53,983 nt of DNA from a virus. Lineage: Duplodnaviria; Caudoviricetes. The stretch covers positions 1-53,983 of the IMG/VR virus record IMGVR_UViG_3300038315_000612; one strand, 5' to 3'. Shown here piece after piece: positions 36,154 to 43,933 of the stretch (position 1 is the first letter of the stretch; every line of letters begins with the position of its first letter). Under the pieces are notes generated by a model. The model was not told where the DNA came from. It saw nothing but the letters and a program-made list of their open reading frames with translations, and searched no databases. The position numbers were made by a program, and so were the translations under genes.

Positions 36154-36723
36154 ACACATTGCCTTGTCTTTCCAGAACACAAAGCATTTACGTAGCTCTG
36201 CTACAAACTCTTCATCACTCATATTGGTAGCCGTACCACCATCACTACCAAAATGGTTATGCATTAGTGTGTCTGGCCCCATTGGGGCCTTGCCCTCAAA
36301 TGGATTTGCATTGATAGATATTATCTCCCAGTTACCAGGTACTGGGTCTTCATGATTGTCATCATCTTCTGACAACAGAATAGATGAATACAATACAATC
36401 TCTACCGAAAGGGTAGGCATCCTCTGTTCCTCGAATGGACGTGCAAGAAAAGACTTTCTTGGATGCTCACCGTACCGCCTTGCTTTATACTCACCATCTA
36501 AAATCATTCCAGGTTTAAGCTCGACAATCGGTGAACAGAAATCATCATTAAACTCTGCTGGTACATGGACAACCTTAACCCCATCCTTATACCCATCAGA
36601 CAATAAGCCACCATCTGCCCATTGCTGCACAAGTGGCAATAGACCCTCCCAATAACCCTTGTAGTAGCTATAGCGGCTGTCTGGTTCTTGCCTATATACA
36701 AATGGATTTATATATACATTCAT
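36148..36723 (-). CDS. DUF3228-like protein, 191 aa (start MNVYINPF)
   Basis: PFVYRQ..LSDGY..YKARRYGEHP..IVLYS..WEIISINA..PMGPDTLMHN..GGT follows my recollection of the DUF3228 motif order. Confidence 0.6.
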   Translation of the reverse strand: MNVYINPFVYRQEPDSRYSYYKGYWEGLLPLVQQWADGGLLSDGYKDGVKVVHVPAEFNDDFCSPIVELKPGMILDGEYKARRYGEHPRKSFLARPFEEQRMPTLSVEIVLYSSILLSEDDDNHEDPVPGNWEIISINANPFEGKAPMGPDTLMHNHFGSDGGTATNMSDEEFVAELRKCFVFWKDKAMCG

Positions 36724-36791
36724 TGTGTTATCTCCCGATGCTTGATTGCATCCATCGGCCTCCCAATGTGGGAAGCCCATGGGACAATCAA
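36721..36791 (-). repeat. Stop-hairpin-RBS element, copy B
   Basis: TTGATTGTCCCATGGGCTTCCCA-cat-TGGGAGGCCGATGGATGCAATCAAGCATCGGGAGATAACACAATG. Confidence 0.9.
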
Positions 36792-37180
36792 TCACCTATT
36801 AAGAGGCGATCATAGTAGTTCTCTGATATAAAACTACCCAGTTCCCGGTCATCACCGGGGTTCTTTGTCATAGAAGCTTGAGTAAGACGTGCCGAGCAAC
36901 CTCGAATATAAAAAATATCAATGTGCTTAAGCAACTTGTTGTGGTTCTCGGTATGTACGTGGTAGTTGCGACTACTTAAAACGATAGTAAGTGCCCCACA
37001 ATCACTGCCACTATTATCTTTCAATGTAAGGAAGTGATTGTTTCCACTTCCAAGCACCACCATTGGTCCAGATATAAAGGCATTTGATATTGCCTCAACA
37101 CCGATAAGGTACCCGGCAATCAACGCCATATCCATCAGGCTGCCTGTTCCTACCACATTGTAATTGTTTACGTTACTCAT
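36788..37180 (-). CDS. Hypothetical cassette protein, 130 aa (start MSNVNNY)
   Basis: Start is in element C, stop is in element B. Confidence 0.7.
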   Translation of the reverse strand: MSNVNNYNVVGTGSLMDMALIAGYLIGVEAISNAFISGPMVVLGSGNNHFLTLKDNSGSDCGALTIVLSSRNYHVHTENHNKLLKHIDIFYIRGCSARLTQASMTKNPGDDRELGSFISENYYDRLLIGD

Positions 37181-37256
37181 TGTATTATCTCCCGATGCTT
37201 CATTGCATCCATTGATTGCCCCCAAAATAAGCAGGCAATCAATAGGACAATCAAGC
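37178..37256 (-). repeat. Stop-hairpin-RBS element, copy C
   Basis: GCTTGATTGTCCTATTGATTGCC-N13-GGCAATCAATGGATGCAATGAAGCATCGGGAGATAATACAATG. Confidence 0.9.
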
Positions 37257-37589
37257 AAGCCTCTCCGGAGGCCGGAGGCTCGGCCACGGTCGGTCCAAGA
37301 TTGCATCCACATTGACTTGGAAGATCCGTATGATCAGCTTTTGCCTCAAAGACCAAATCATCTTGCGATGCTGCTTTACTGCAAACCGCCGCTGGTTTGT
37401 TGTCCTGCAGTTACGGGTTGACTCATTCTCTAAGTCATCTCTCATATTAGATAACCAATTAAGCATATATTCTGCGGTGTCCTTGGTCATCTCCGACAGC
37501 ACAACGGTATGCTCATTACATGCCTCCTGCGCTATCTGCTGCTGCCTATCTGTAAATCCAGTATCTTTCTTACATGGCCATACAATCAT
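37251..37589 (-). CDS. Hypothetical cassette protein, 112 aa (start MIVWPCK)
   Basis: Start is in element D, stop is in element C. Confidence 0.7.
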   Translation of the reverse strand: MIVWPCKKDTGFTDRQQQIAQEACNEHTVVLSEMTKDTAEYMLNWLSNMRDDLENESTRNCRTTNQRRFAVKQHRKMIWSLRQKLIIRIFQVNVDAILDRPWPSLRPPERLA

Positions 37590-37661
37590 TGTATTATCTC
37601 CCGACGCTTCATTGCATCCAATGGATGCCCACATAGTGGGCAACCAGTGGGACAATCAAGC
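37587..37661 (-). repeat. Stop-hairpin-RBS element, copy D
   Basis: GCTTGATTGTCCCACTGGTTGCCCAC-tat-GTGGGCATCCATTGGATGCAATGAAGCGTCGGGAGATAATACAATG. Confidence 0.9.
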
Positions 37662-37982
37662 CCTAACCATAGTAGACAGCTTGATAGAACCATAAGAGAT
37701 ATCCACAAGATCCTCCAATGAAAGGGTATATCCATCACCATTGGGAAAGATAGCGATTATGCTGGTTGCCTCGTCGCTATCGGCCCATGCCAATAGCGCA
37801 GCATTTGCTGCAGGCTTCCAATCTATACGATACCAAGTAGTGGTAACTGAATACCCAGGACGGTCGCCGTCGTATCGCATTTGTACTTTATGTTCTTCAA
37901 AACAAGTAGCATCATGGATAGAGAATGGAATGTTTTGGTCCCAACATTTCTGCTCATATGTAATGCGGATGCATGCTGTCAT
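37656..37982 (-). CDS. Hypothetical protein, 108 aa (start MTACIRI), first gene of the cassette operon
   Basis: ATG lies downstream of promoter 38036-38066. Stop is in element D. Confidence 0.7.
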   Translation of the reverse strand: MTACIRITYEQKCWDQNIPFSIHDATCFEEHKVQMRYDGDRPGYSVTTTWYRIDWKPAANAALLAWADSDEATSIIAIFPNGDGYTLSLEDLVDISYGSIKLSTMVRA

Positions 37983-38035
37983 CGTTTCATCTCTGGTAGT
38001 AGGTTTCCCCGTCCCAACAGGAACGGTGGACCACC

Positions 38036-38066
38036 ATTGTACCACACAATCCGTGGCTCCTGTCAA
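38036..38066 (-). promoter_or_regulatory. Sigma70-like promoter driving the cassette array
   Basis: TTGACA-N16-TGG-TACAAT (19-nt spacer). Confidence 0.75.
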
Positions 38067-38165
38067 GCACGGCGTTGAACCTGGGTTTTTCGCCGGTCAC
38101 GACGAAGATGGACCGCTCCAGAACATACCGAAGCGGCCCATATATACTATAGAATAGTATCTATC

Positions 38166-38636
38166 CTATGTATGTATACCCCAGTACTGCTTAACAAGTG
38201 GTACTGTTAATGGATCATTAGGTCCACCATGCCATATCAATCCACCACCCATATATGCGCTATATGTATTGGTTTCCTTGTTTAACTTCTGCCAAGATAT
38301 ACCAAAGGACATGTCTGCAAGGTCATGGAACAACCATACCTTGAAGCGTCGACGCGCATCATCATCGGATACCGCGCCGCCATACCCATTGAGGTACTCA
38401 AGCCTCTCGTATAGCTCTTCAATAATCTTACATCTGACTTCAATATCACTGACGTTTCTAATGAATTCAGAGATGTCTTCTAAGTGCTGCATTGCAGTAT
38501 CATCAAAGACAATCTCCGGGAACATACGAACGAACGACACCGCGCATAGCTGTGTCCAACAATCGTGAGGATGGTCCTCATTAAAAGACTCTTGGCAGTG
38601 AGTACAAAGGACATAGTTGTTTGGTACTTCTCTCAT
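38166..38636 (-). CDS. Hypothetical protein with N-terminal CxxC..HxC, 156 aa
   Basis: AGGAGAAAACAATG start. Confidence 0.75.
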   Translation of the reverse strand: MREVPNNYVLCTHCQESFNEDHPHDCWTQLCAVSFVRMFPEIVFDDTAMQHLEDISEFIRNVSDIEVRCKIIEELYERLEYLNGYGGAVSDDDARRRFKVWLFHDLADMSFGISWQKLNKETNTYSAYMGGGLIWHGGPNDPLTVPLVKQYWGIHT

Positions 38637-38645
38637 TGTTTTCTC

Positions 38646-38864
38646 CTAATACACTATAGTTTGTAGACCCATTGAGTCTGTTCTTTGGTTGTCTTCTATT
38701 CCAAGGTGGCCCATTGCACGAGCCACATCCATTGCATTATCAACCACAATCCCTGTGGTTTCCTCTCCATACATACCTCGACCAGAATATCCCTCGGATA
38801 TCTCTACTGGCGTTCCTTTATCTTCAAGGTAATAAAAGATTTTACTTGCATTTTCAAGCTTCAT
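38646..38864 (-). CDS. Small hypothetical phage protein (YSGRGMYG motif), 72 aa
   Basis: AGGAGAAAACAATG start, identical to the neighbour's. Confidence 0.75.
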   Translation of the reverse strand: MKLENASKIFYYLEDKGTPVEISEGYSGRGMYGEETTGIVVDNAMDVARAMGHLGIEDNQRTDSMGLQTIVY

Positions 38865-38884
38865 TGTTTTCTCCTATTAGTCTC

Positions 38885-39181
38885 TCAATATGAGAGCATC
38901 GTTTCTGTTTGGGGTTGTTGGTAAAAGCCTCGCTTATGAAAGTCTTTTATTGCTTTCGTAAGAGCATTGTTTTCGTACTCTGGATGGAAGTAATGGCCAT
39001 TACCAAAGCCCCTGCCCTGTGTATTGGCCAACCATGTGACGTATTCACCACGCCACTTGACCAATACTATATGTAAAAAATAATCATCTTTATGATCACT
39101 GTATTTCTTAATGTCCAGTAGCTCTGCTCCTTTCTTGCGCGCCATCTCTTCTACAATCTCTACTTGTGTCTGTTCTTGCAT
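38885..39181 (-). CDS. Hypothetical protein (EYVTW..GHYF motif), ~98 aa
   Basis: AGGAG SD before MQEQTQ. The start could be further upstream (39244 or 39256). Confidence 0.65.
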   Translation of the reverse strand: MQEQTQVEIVEEMARKKGAELLDIKKYSDHKDDYFLHIVLVKWRGEYVTWLANTQGRGFGNGHYFHPEYENNALTKAIKDFHKRGFYQQPQTETMLSY

Positions 39182-39278
39182 CTCTATGCTCCTGCCTCGT
39201 GAATGATAATAAAAATAACTACGAATAGTATCCATAGTTGACATATTGTTTCGCACTGTGGTTGTTCATACATAATGT

Positions 39279-39310
39279 AAAGGGGGTACCTGGCATACAC
39301 CAGGCACCCC
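39279..39310 (-). terminator. Terminator-like hairpin after the DUF932-like gene
   Basis: GGGGTGCCTGG-tgtatg-CCAGGTACCCC-CTTT. The U tract is short. Confidence 0.6.
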
Positions 39311-39317
39311 ACTTCAA

Positions 39318-41108
39318 CTATGCTTGAGCTACTTTGACAAGCTGCGGTACCAGCATTCCAGCCCGCCTTTCAAAGACATCCCGTTGGATATCATTGAGAG
39401 TATGCTCATGCGCTGCCCTTGTGACAGCGTTCACAAGGCTATCAAGGGTATCACCCCCACCTTGGTTCTTAAGGCTACTCAAGAGCCACTCAAGGTGTAC
39501 ATCCTTAGCGATGTCCTTGCCGAGCTTACCTTCAAGAACCATGAAAGACAAAGCCTCGTCCACAGTAGAGAACTTCTGTCCAAAGAGCTTGACGCTATTG
39601 ATATCGGTCTCACCAAGAATACCCCACTCATCGGCGAAGTGAGCAAAGACTTCCTGGCTTTCTTCTGTCATCTCATTGAAGCGATTAACAACATCATCCA
39701 TACCACCCTTGTGGACAATCTTAAATCCACGAGCCTTGGCAATGGCAATGATTATCATATTCAAGCACTGGTTCCACCAAGCCTGGGGGTCACTGATAAG
39801 AGCACCACCAGCAGCATCATTGCTCTTGGTCCTGAAGCCTACCTGGAATACATCTCCAGCAGCAAAGTCTACAATGTCTGAAGGAGCATGGTAGGTAGCA
39901 TCAATAGAGAGAGTTGTACTTACTGCATTGTATACAATCTCTCCCCGATATCCCTTGCCACCAAGCGCCTTGCCTACCGCTTCAACAACCTTGTCACCAT
40001 CAAACTGGGAGTACTTCTCTGTGACAGCAGCAAAGATACTGCGATGGTCACCAACCTGCCTCGTTCGAAGCATTAGGTTTCCAACAGCACCGGCAATATC
40101 CTTATTGAAGTTGTATGCCCTACGGTCAGGCTCCATTTGCATTAGATATTGGGCAGCCCGAGGGAACAAAGAGTCTCTCTCGGTACTACCATACTGATCA
40201 TCATAGTCTTCATATAGACCAACGCTTCCTCGAGACCTTGCAAGCAACGTGGTGAATCCCTGCTCTTCAAGCATAAACTTTTGTCCAGACTCAACAACAA
40301 GCCAACCATCGTCATCCATGCGGAGCTTCCCAGCATCTACCAAATGATCCTCTCTCTCTTCTTTATTGAACACTTCAATAAACTCTTCACCAGCATCTTC
40401 AATAAGCGGCTTGCTGTCCCACTCATTCTTACTTGTCTTGAGGTTGTCATACCCAGCACCTATGACGGCAGTGCCACGAACATAGCCAGCGGTGGTGCTA
40501 TTCGGAATCCCACCAACCACAATGTTACTTCCTGGAGGAGAGATACCAATGCTCATGAGCATATCAATGTGCCTATCCTGCCTATCCCTTGCCTCTTGAC
40601 TGAAGGTACCAGCATCCACGGTCCTTGGGCCACCATTGGAAACAACGGGCTTAGCCTCTGGCTTATCCACTGAAAAGAAGTCATCTAAGTCATCATTAGA
40701 TGGATCATCTTCTTGAGTGTTTGCTGCTTCAGCAAGGGCAGCGTCGGGGTCACTTTGAATGTATTCCATATCAAAAGAAAAAGAATCCAAGCTATATGGT
40801 TTCTCACCATAGCCGTCGTCGCTACTAAGCCAGTCCACAATCTGATTAAAGAAACCTAAATCTTTATACCAAGATATATGATTGCTTGAGATTGTACGTG
40901 GAGGCATATCATCTGTGATACTTTCGGGACTGATTGGGGTAACCAATGCACACTCGTCGTCATCATATCCAACGATACATGCTACTATCTGGCCTTCTTC
41001 TTTTATAATCTTTCCTTTACATCCATCATCTGCATACCTTTTCATTGCGTCATCCGGGTCTAAGCCGGAGTAAACGACACCAGATGGACTCTTATAAGAT
41101 ACAGTCAT
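39318..41108 (-). CDS. DUF932-like domain protein with long acidic N-terminal extension, 596 aa (start MTVSYKS)
   Basis: AAGGA SD and ACAATG. C-terminal half has LMLRTR..IFAAVTEKYSQFD..GDVFQVGF..SND..GAL..QCLNMI..IVHKG. Confidence 0.65.
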   Translation of the reverse strand: MTVSYKSPSGVVYSGLDPDDAMKRYADDGCKGKIIKEEGQIVACIVGYDDDECALVTPISPESITDDMPPRTISSNHISWYKDLGFFNQIVDWLSSDDGYGEKPYSLDSFSFDMEYIQSDPDAALAEAANTQEDDPSNDDLDDFFSVDKPEAKPVVSNGGPRTVDAGTFSQEARDRQDRHIDMLMSIGISPPGSNIVVGGIPNSTTAGYVRGTAVIGAGYDNLKTSKNEWDSKPLIEDAGEEFIEVFNKEEREDHLVDAGKLRMDDDGWLVVESGQKFMLEEQGFTTLLARSRGSVGLYEDYDDQYGSTERDSLFPRAAQYLMQMEPDRRAYNFNKDIAGAVGNLMLRTRQVGDHRSIFAAVTEKYSQFDGDKVVEAVGKALGGKGYRGEIVYNAVSTTLSIDATYHAPSDIVDFAAGDVFQVGFRTKSNDAAGGALISDPQAWWNQCLNMIIIAIAKARGFKIVHKGGMDDVVNRFNEMTEESQEVFAHFADEWGILGETDINSVKLFGQKFSTVDEALSFMVLEGKLGKDIAKDVHLEWLLSSLKNQGGGDTLDSLVNAVTRAAHEHTLNDIQRDVFERRAGMLVPQLVKVAQA

Positions 41109-41172
41109 TGTATTTCCTTGTTGTTTATTGATGCTGACTGATTCACCAACCGACCACCGGCTGGATTCTATT

Positions 41173-41203
41173 ATTATAGCACGGCCCCCCCGGTAGTTGT
41201 CAA
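41173..41203 (-). promoter_or_regulatory. Sigma70-like promoter
   Basis: TTGACA-N16-TGC-TATAAT (consensus hexamers, 19-nt spacer). Confidence 0.8.
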
Positions 41204-41241
41204 GCTCTCGAGGAAACCGGTGCTTTAACCTGCACTTTAGG

Positions 41242-41315
41242 CTGGGGCGGGTGGATTCGAACCACCATTTTCTGGGTAACAACCAGACGGGTTGCCTATT
41301 AAACCCTACACCCCA
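41242..41315 (-). tRNA. tRNA-Asn (GTT), CCA not encoded
   Basis: Acceptor TGGGGTG/CGCCCCA plus discriminator G. D stem GGGT/ACCC. Anticodon arm TCTGG-TTGTTAC-CCAGA. T arm GGTGG-TTCGAAT-CCACC. Confidence 0.85.
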
Positions 41316-41321
41316 GTACCA

Positions 41322-41627
41322 TTAAGCACATAGATTAGCTTTAAATACTAATCTTCTTCCTTTCTCGTGTCTTAAATCTTTAATAGATTTATATACATCT
41401 ACCTCTCTTATTCTAATAAGACACTGTTCATATGTATCATATACAAATGATGAACCATCGTTCTCTACTATGAACTCATACTCAATCATGTCATCTCTAT
41501 TGATAATAATATAGTGCCTTGTTACTTCCCTACGCGCTTCCAAAACGCGCGCCTCCTCATTCACATTCTTTTGGGTCATGGCAAATACCGCACGCGCCGC
41601 ATTTTGTACAAGGTTTCTCCACTTCAT
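41322..41627 (-). CDS. Hypothetical protein, 101 aa
   Basis: ORF fills the gap upstream of the tRNA. SD is weak. Confidence 0.55.
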   Translation of the reverse strand: MKWRNLVQNAARAVFAMTQKNVNEEARVLEARREVTRHYIIINRDDMIEYEFIVENDGSSFVYDTYEQCLIRIREVDVYKSIKDLRHEKGRRLVFKANLCA

Positions 41628-41695
41628 TATCTACGCGCCTAAGTTTATCGCATGCGTCACAAGTATATAAGAATGCTTTGTCGTATGGCTTCAGT

Positions 41696-41902
41696 TCATC
41701 CATCACCCACCTCGCAATCGAGTTCACGCAGCCAAGCCTCGGCTCTGGTCCACCAAGACCTCGCTTCTTTAATGCCTCTTAGGTCTCCTATACCTGCGTT
41801 ATCTGCCTCGGCCTCAAGCCCACTGACAACCTCTTCTCCCTCTCTCAAGAGATCGAGAAGGCCAGGCAATGCTGCGATCTTGCGAGCAGTTGCTTCATCC
41901 AT
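41696..41902 (-). CDS. Hypothetical protein, 68 aa
   Basis: GGAGG SD and TGATG coupling. ARKIAALPGLLDLL motif is common in small phage proteins. Confidence 0.7.
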   Translation of the reverse strand: MDEATARKIAALPGLLDLLREGEEVVSGLEAEADNAGIGDLRGIKEARSWWTRAEAWLRELDCEVGDG

Positions 41903-42174
41903 CACTCACCTCCATTTCGCATTGAAAACTCTAGGTCGGATACGGTTGCCAGGGCTTCGCGCTCCTCTTGCCTCCTTACCATGGTCTTAATTCCATCTAG
42001 ATGTTCTTTGGTTCTTGCCACTTCCTCTACATGCTGAAGAAACTTTGACCTATTGAACCGGCCATTGGACTCAGCAAGATGCTCACACATCTTATCTATA
42101 ATGATTCTTCTTTCTTCTGGATTGGAGATTAATCCAAGCACATCTGCAATAGCTACGACATCTTTTCTTGTCAT
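41902..42174 (-). CDS. Hypothetical phage protein (MTRKD..IAD..NGRFNRSKF), 90 aa
   Basis: AAGGA SD and ACAATG. Confidence 0.75.
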   Translation of the reverse strand: MTRKDVVAIADVLGLISNPEERRIIIDKMCEHLAESNGRFNRSKFLQHVEEVARTKEHLDGIKTMVRRQEEREALATVSDLEFSMRNGGE

Positions 42175-42193
42175 TGTATATTCCTTTTATAAT

Positions 42194-42263
42194 AAAAATG
42201 GGTACGGATTGGCTGCTGCCCACATGGAAATGTGTACGGAGAAGCAACAACCAATCCGCCCCA
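42194..42263 (-). terminator. Long imperfect hairpin with U tract (terminator or processing site)
   Basis: 15-bp stem CGGATTGGTTGTTGC/GCAGCAGCCAATCCG with an apical sub-hairpin, followed by TTTTT. Confidence 0.55.
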
Positions 42264-42273
42264 GGGATTTGTT

Positions 42274-42513
42274 CTAGCTGTTGTCTTCAATAAGACCGTC
42301 GGCCACCAGACCACGCACAACATAGTACGCAACCTGACCATTCATGGAACGCATCTGGCTATTAGATGCCCTTCGCACTCCATCCTTAATCTCGGGGCTA
42401 AGCTTCACCAGCACAGCCTGGGGAGACCCGGCACCATTAGACACCTTGGTTGTCTTGGTGCTCTTCTTACGACGAGGCTTACGGATAATCTCAACCTCTG
42501 TTTCAGTAGGCAT
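42274..42513 (-). CDS. Arc-like ribbon-helix-helix repressor, 79 aa (start MPTETE)
   Basis: VLVKLSPEIKDGVRRASNSQMRSMNGQVAYYV and GGAG SD. Confidence 0.8.
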   Translation of the reverse strand: MPTETEVEIIRKPRRKKSTKTTKVSNGAGSPQAVLVKLSPEIKDGVRRASNSQMRSMNGQVAYYVVRGLVADGLIEDNS

Positions 42514-42572
42514 ACTCACTCCACTATTGTTTGTTGCTTTATCGCTACCGGACCACCACTGGCCGGACCCAC

Positions 42573-42601
42573 ATCTTAGCAAAACCGCTACAGCCTGTCA
42601 A
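42573..42601 (-). promoter_or_regulatory. Sigma70-like promoter of the arc-like operon
   Basis: TTGACA-N14-TGC-TAAGAT (17-nt spacer). Confidence 0.75.
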
Positions 42602-42609
42602 GCGATTCG

Positions 42610-43617
42610 CTATTGTTCCGCTTCAACCTCGCTTTCTGCCTGGTCACGAAACGCATCAACTTCGGCCCCAGTTAGGCCAGCATCTGATAGCACTTTATCC
42701 ATTAACACACCAGCAGACGACTCAAACTGTACCCCTTTATCAAACGCATCGTTAAGCATCCTTACATGTTGTGCCCTAAACATTCTTTCTATTGAGCCAA
42801 CCATCCTCCAATTACATAAGTATCCTTGGTTCCACCACTGTGGACATAGGCGCGCAAGCATAGATGCTGAGTGTTGATAGATACTTAATGCTACTTCTTG
42901 AGATATGATTGGTACTTTATTCTCAAGTAAAGAAGCAAGCTCTATTAGCTGTGCTGCCTTCTCTGCATCAAGAGCAAGAACAAGAGAAGATAATACAGCA
43001 TGTCTAATGGTTGGGCACCTTGGGCTTAGTAAGTCAGACGCGCGCCACTCCTCATAGACACCATGGGCAAAGTCTTCATGTGTCTTGTCATAGCCAAGAG
43101 AGGCGGCATCAAGGATTCTTTCATCAACTAACGCGCGCAGGATTGACCAGTATCTTCTAGTAGATTCCTTATAGATCTTTCCAACTCTGTTTGGAGTAAT
43201 CCTATCAAGTACGGCACGCGCGCAGGCGTCCGCCCACTCCGTTATCTCCGCGCTGTCCGCGCACGAGCGTGGCGTTTCAAAATAGTTTGGCATCACTATG
43301 CGCTCATGCCACCAGAGCTTCCCATTCCTTAGCCAACAGAAGTATGGGTTGTATCCAACCACGCAAAGGAACTGATCCCCAACACCAACCCTTACTGGAC
43401 CAGCACAGAACACTGGAAACTTCATGGTGTAAGTTCTTTCTGTTGTGCCCCTCTTGGTTTGGCTTGAATAGAACCACCCAACCTGCCTTCCTGTATACGG
43501 CTCCCTCTTGCCGTCTTCTATTCCTTTGAACACTTCAACAGTTCCATGTGGAATGTCATAGGTGGGTGTGGTCTGCTTTTTAAACGCGCTTTTCTTTCGA
43601 TCAGCCATTGGCAGCAT
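42610..43617 (-). CDS. Hypothetical protein, ~335 aa
   Basis: Long ORF overlapping the end of the XRE gene. No recognised motif. Confidence 0.75.
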   Translation of the reverse strand: MLPMADRKKSAFKKQTTPTYDIPHGTVEVFKGIEDGKREPYTGRQVGWFYSSQTKRGTTERTYTMKFPVFCAGPVRVGVGDQFLCVVGYNPYFCWLRNGKLWWHERIVMPNYFETPRSCADSAEITEWADACARAVLDRITPNRVGKIYKESTRRYWSILRALVDERILDAASLGYDKTHEDFAHGVYEEWRASDLLSPRCPTIRHAVLSSLVLALDAEKAAQLIELASLLENKVPIISQEVALSIYQHSASMLARLCPQWWNQGYLCNWRMVGSIERMFRAQHVRMLNDAFDKGVQFESSAGVLMDKVLSDAGLTGAEVDAFRDQAESEVEAEQ

Positions 43618-43840
43618 CCATCAAAGATACATACTCTTCTGATGTTAGTTCTAAAACGTCCCTAATCTTTCCCATAGTTTGCCTACTCGGAAGCCTAAAC
43701 CCACACTCGTAATGACTGATCACTGGCTTAGAAACACTAATAAGCTTCCCAAGGGCCTGTTGCGTCAAGCCAGAGCGGTGCCTGAAGCCTCGCAGCAGAC
43801 CACCAAAACCAAGTTTCCCCCTGTGGTTTTCGCTGGACAA
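43601..43840 (-). CDS. XRE-family HTH regulator, 79 aa
   Basis: LRGFRHRSGLTQQALGKLISVSKPVISHYECGFRLPS. TTG start with GGAG SD. Confidence 0.9.
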   Translation of the reverse strand: MSSENHRGKLGFGGLLRGFRHRSGLTQQALGKLISVSKPVISHYECGFRLPSRQTMGKIRDVLELTSEEYVSLMDAANG

Positions 43841-43852
43841 CGCACACTCCGG

Positions 43853-43882
43853 TTGACAGGACTACAGCCCGGATGCTATCAT
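43853..43882 (+). promoter_or_regulatory. Sigma70-like promoter of the replication operon
   Basis: TTGACA-N15-TGC-TATCAT (18-nt spacer). Confidence 0.75.
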
Positions 43883-43901
43883 GCGGCTAACCGATGGGCA
43901 A
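43873..43901 (-). promoter_or_regulatory. Overlapping opposite-strand promoter for the XRE gene
   Basis: TTGCCC-N14-TGA-TAGCAT (17-nt spacer). Its -10 overlaps the rightward -10. Confidence 0.5.
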
Positions 43902-43933
43902 GTCGTCGGGAAAGAAAATCATAAGGAGAAACA

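Noticed and set aside
36724-37655. Apparent protein repeat GCN(E/Q)ASGDNT in ORF-track N-termini
   Set aside because: It is the translated non-coding element. The true starts are the ATGs following the GGAGA SD.
36074-37661. Integron attC sites or a CRISPR array as the identity of the repeats
   Set aside because: There is no RYYYAAC..GTTRRRY order and no tyrosine integrase. The intervals are whole genes of 330-570 bp, not 30-40-bp spacers.
41109-41282. N-terminal 58-aa extension of the 654-aa ORF
   Set aside because: It overlaps the tRNA and a consensus promoter. The SD-backed ATG is at 41108.
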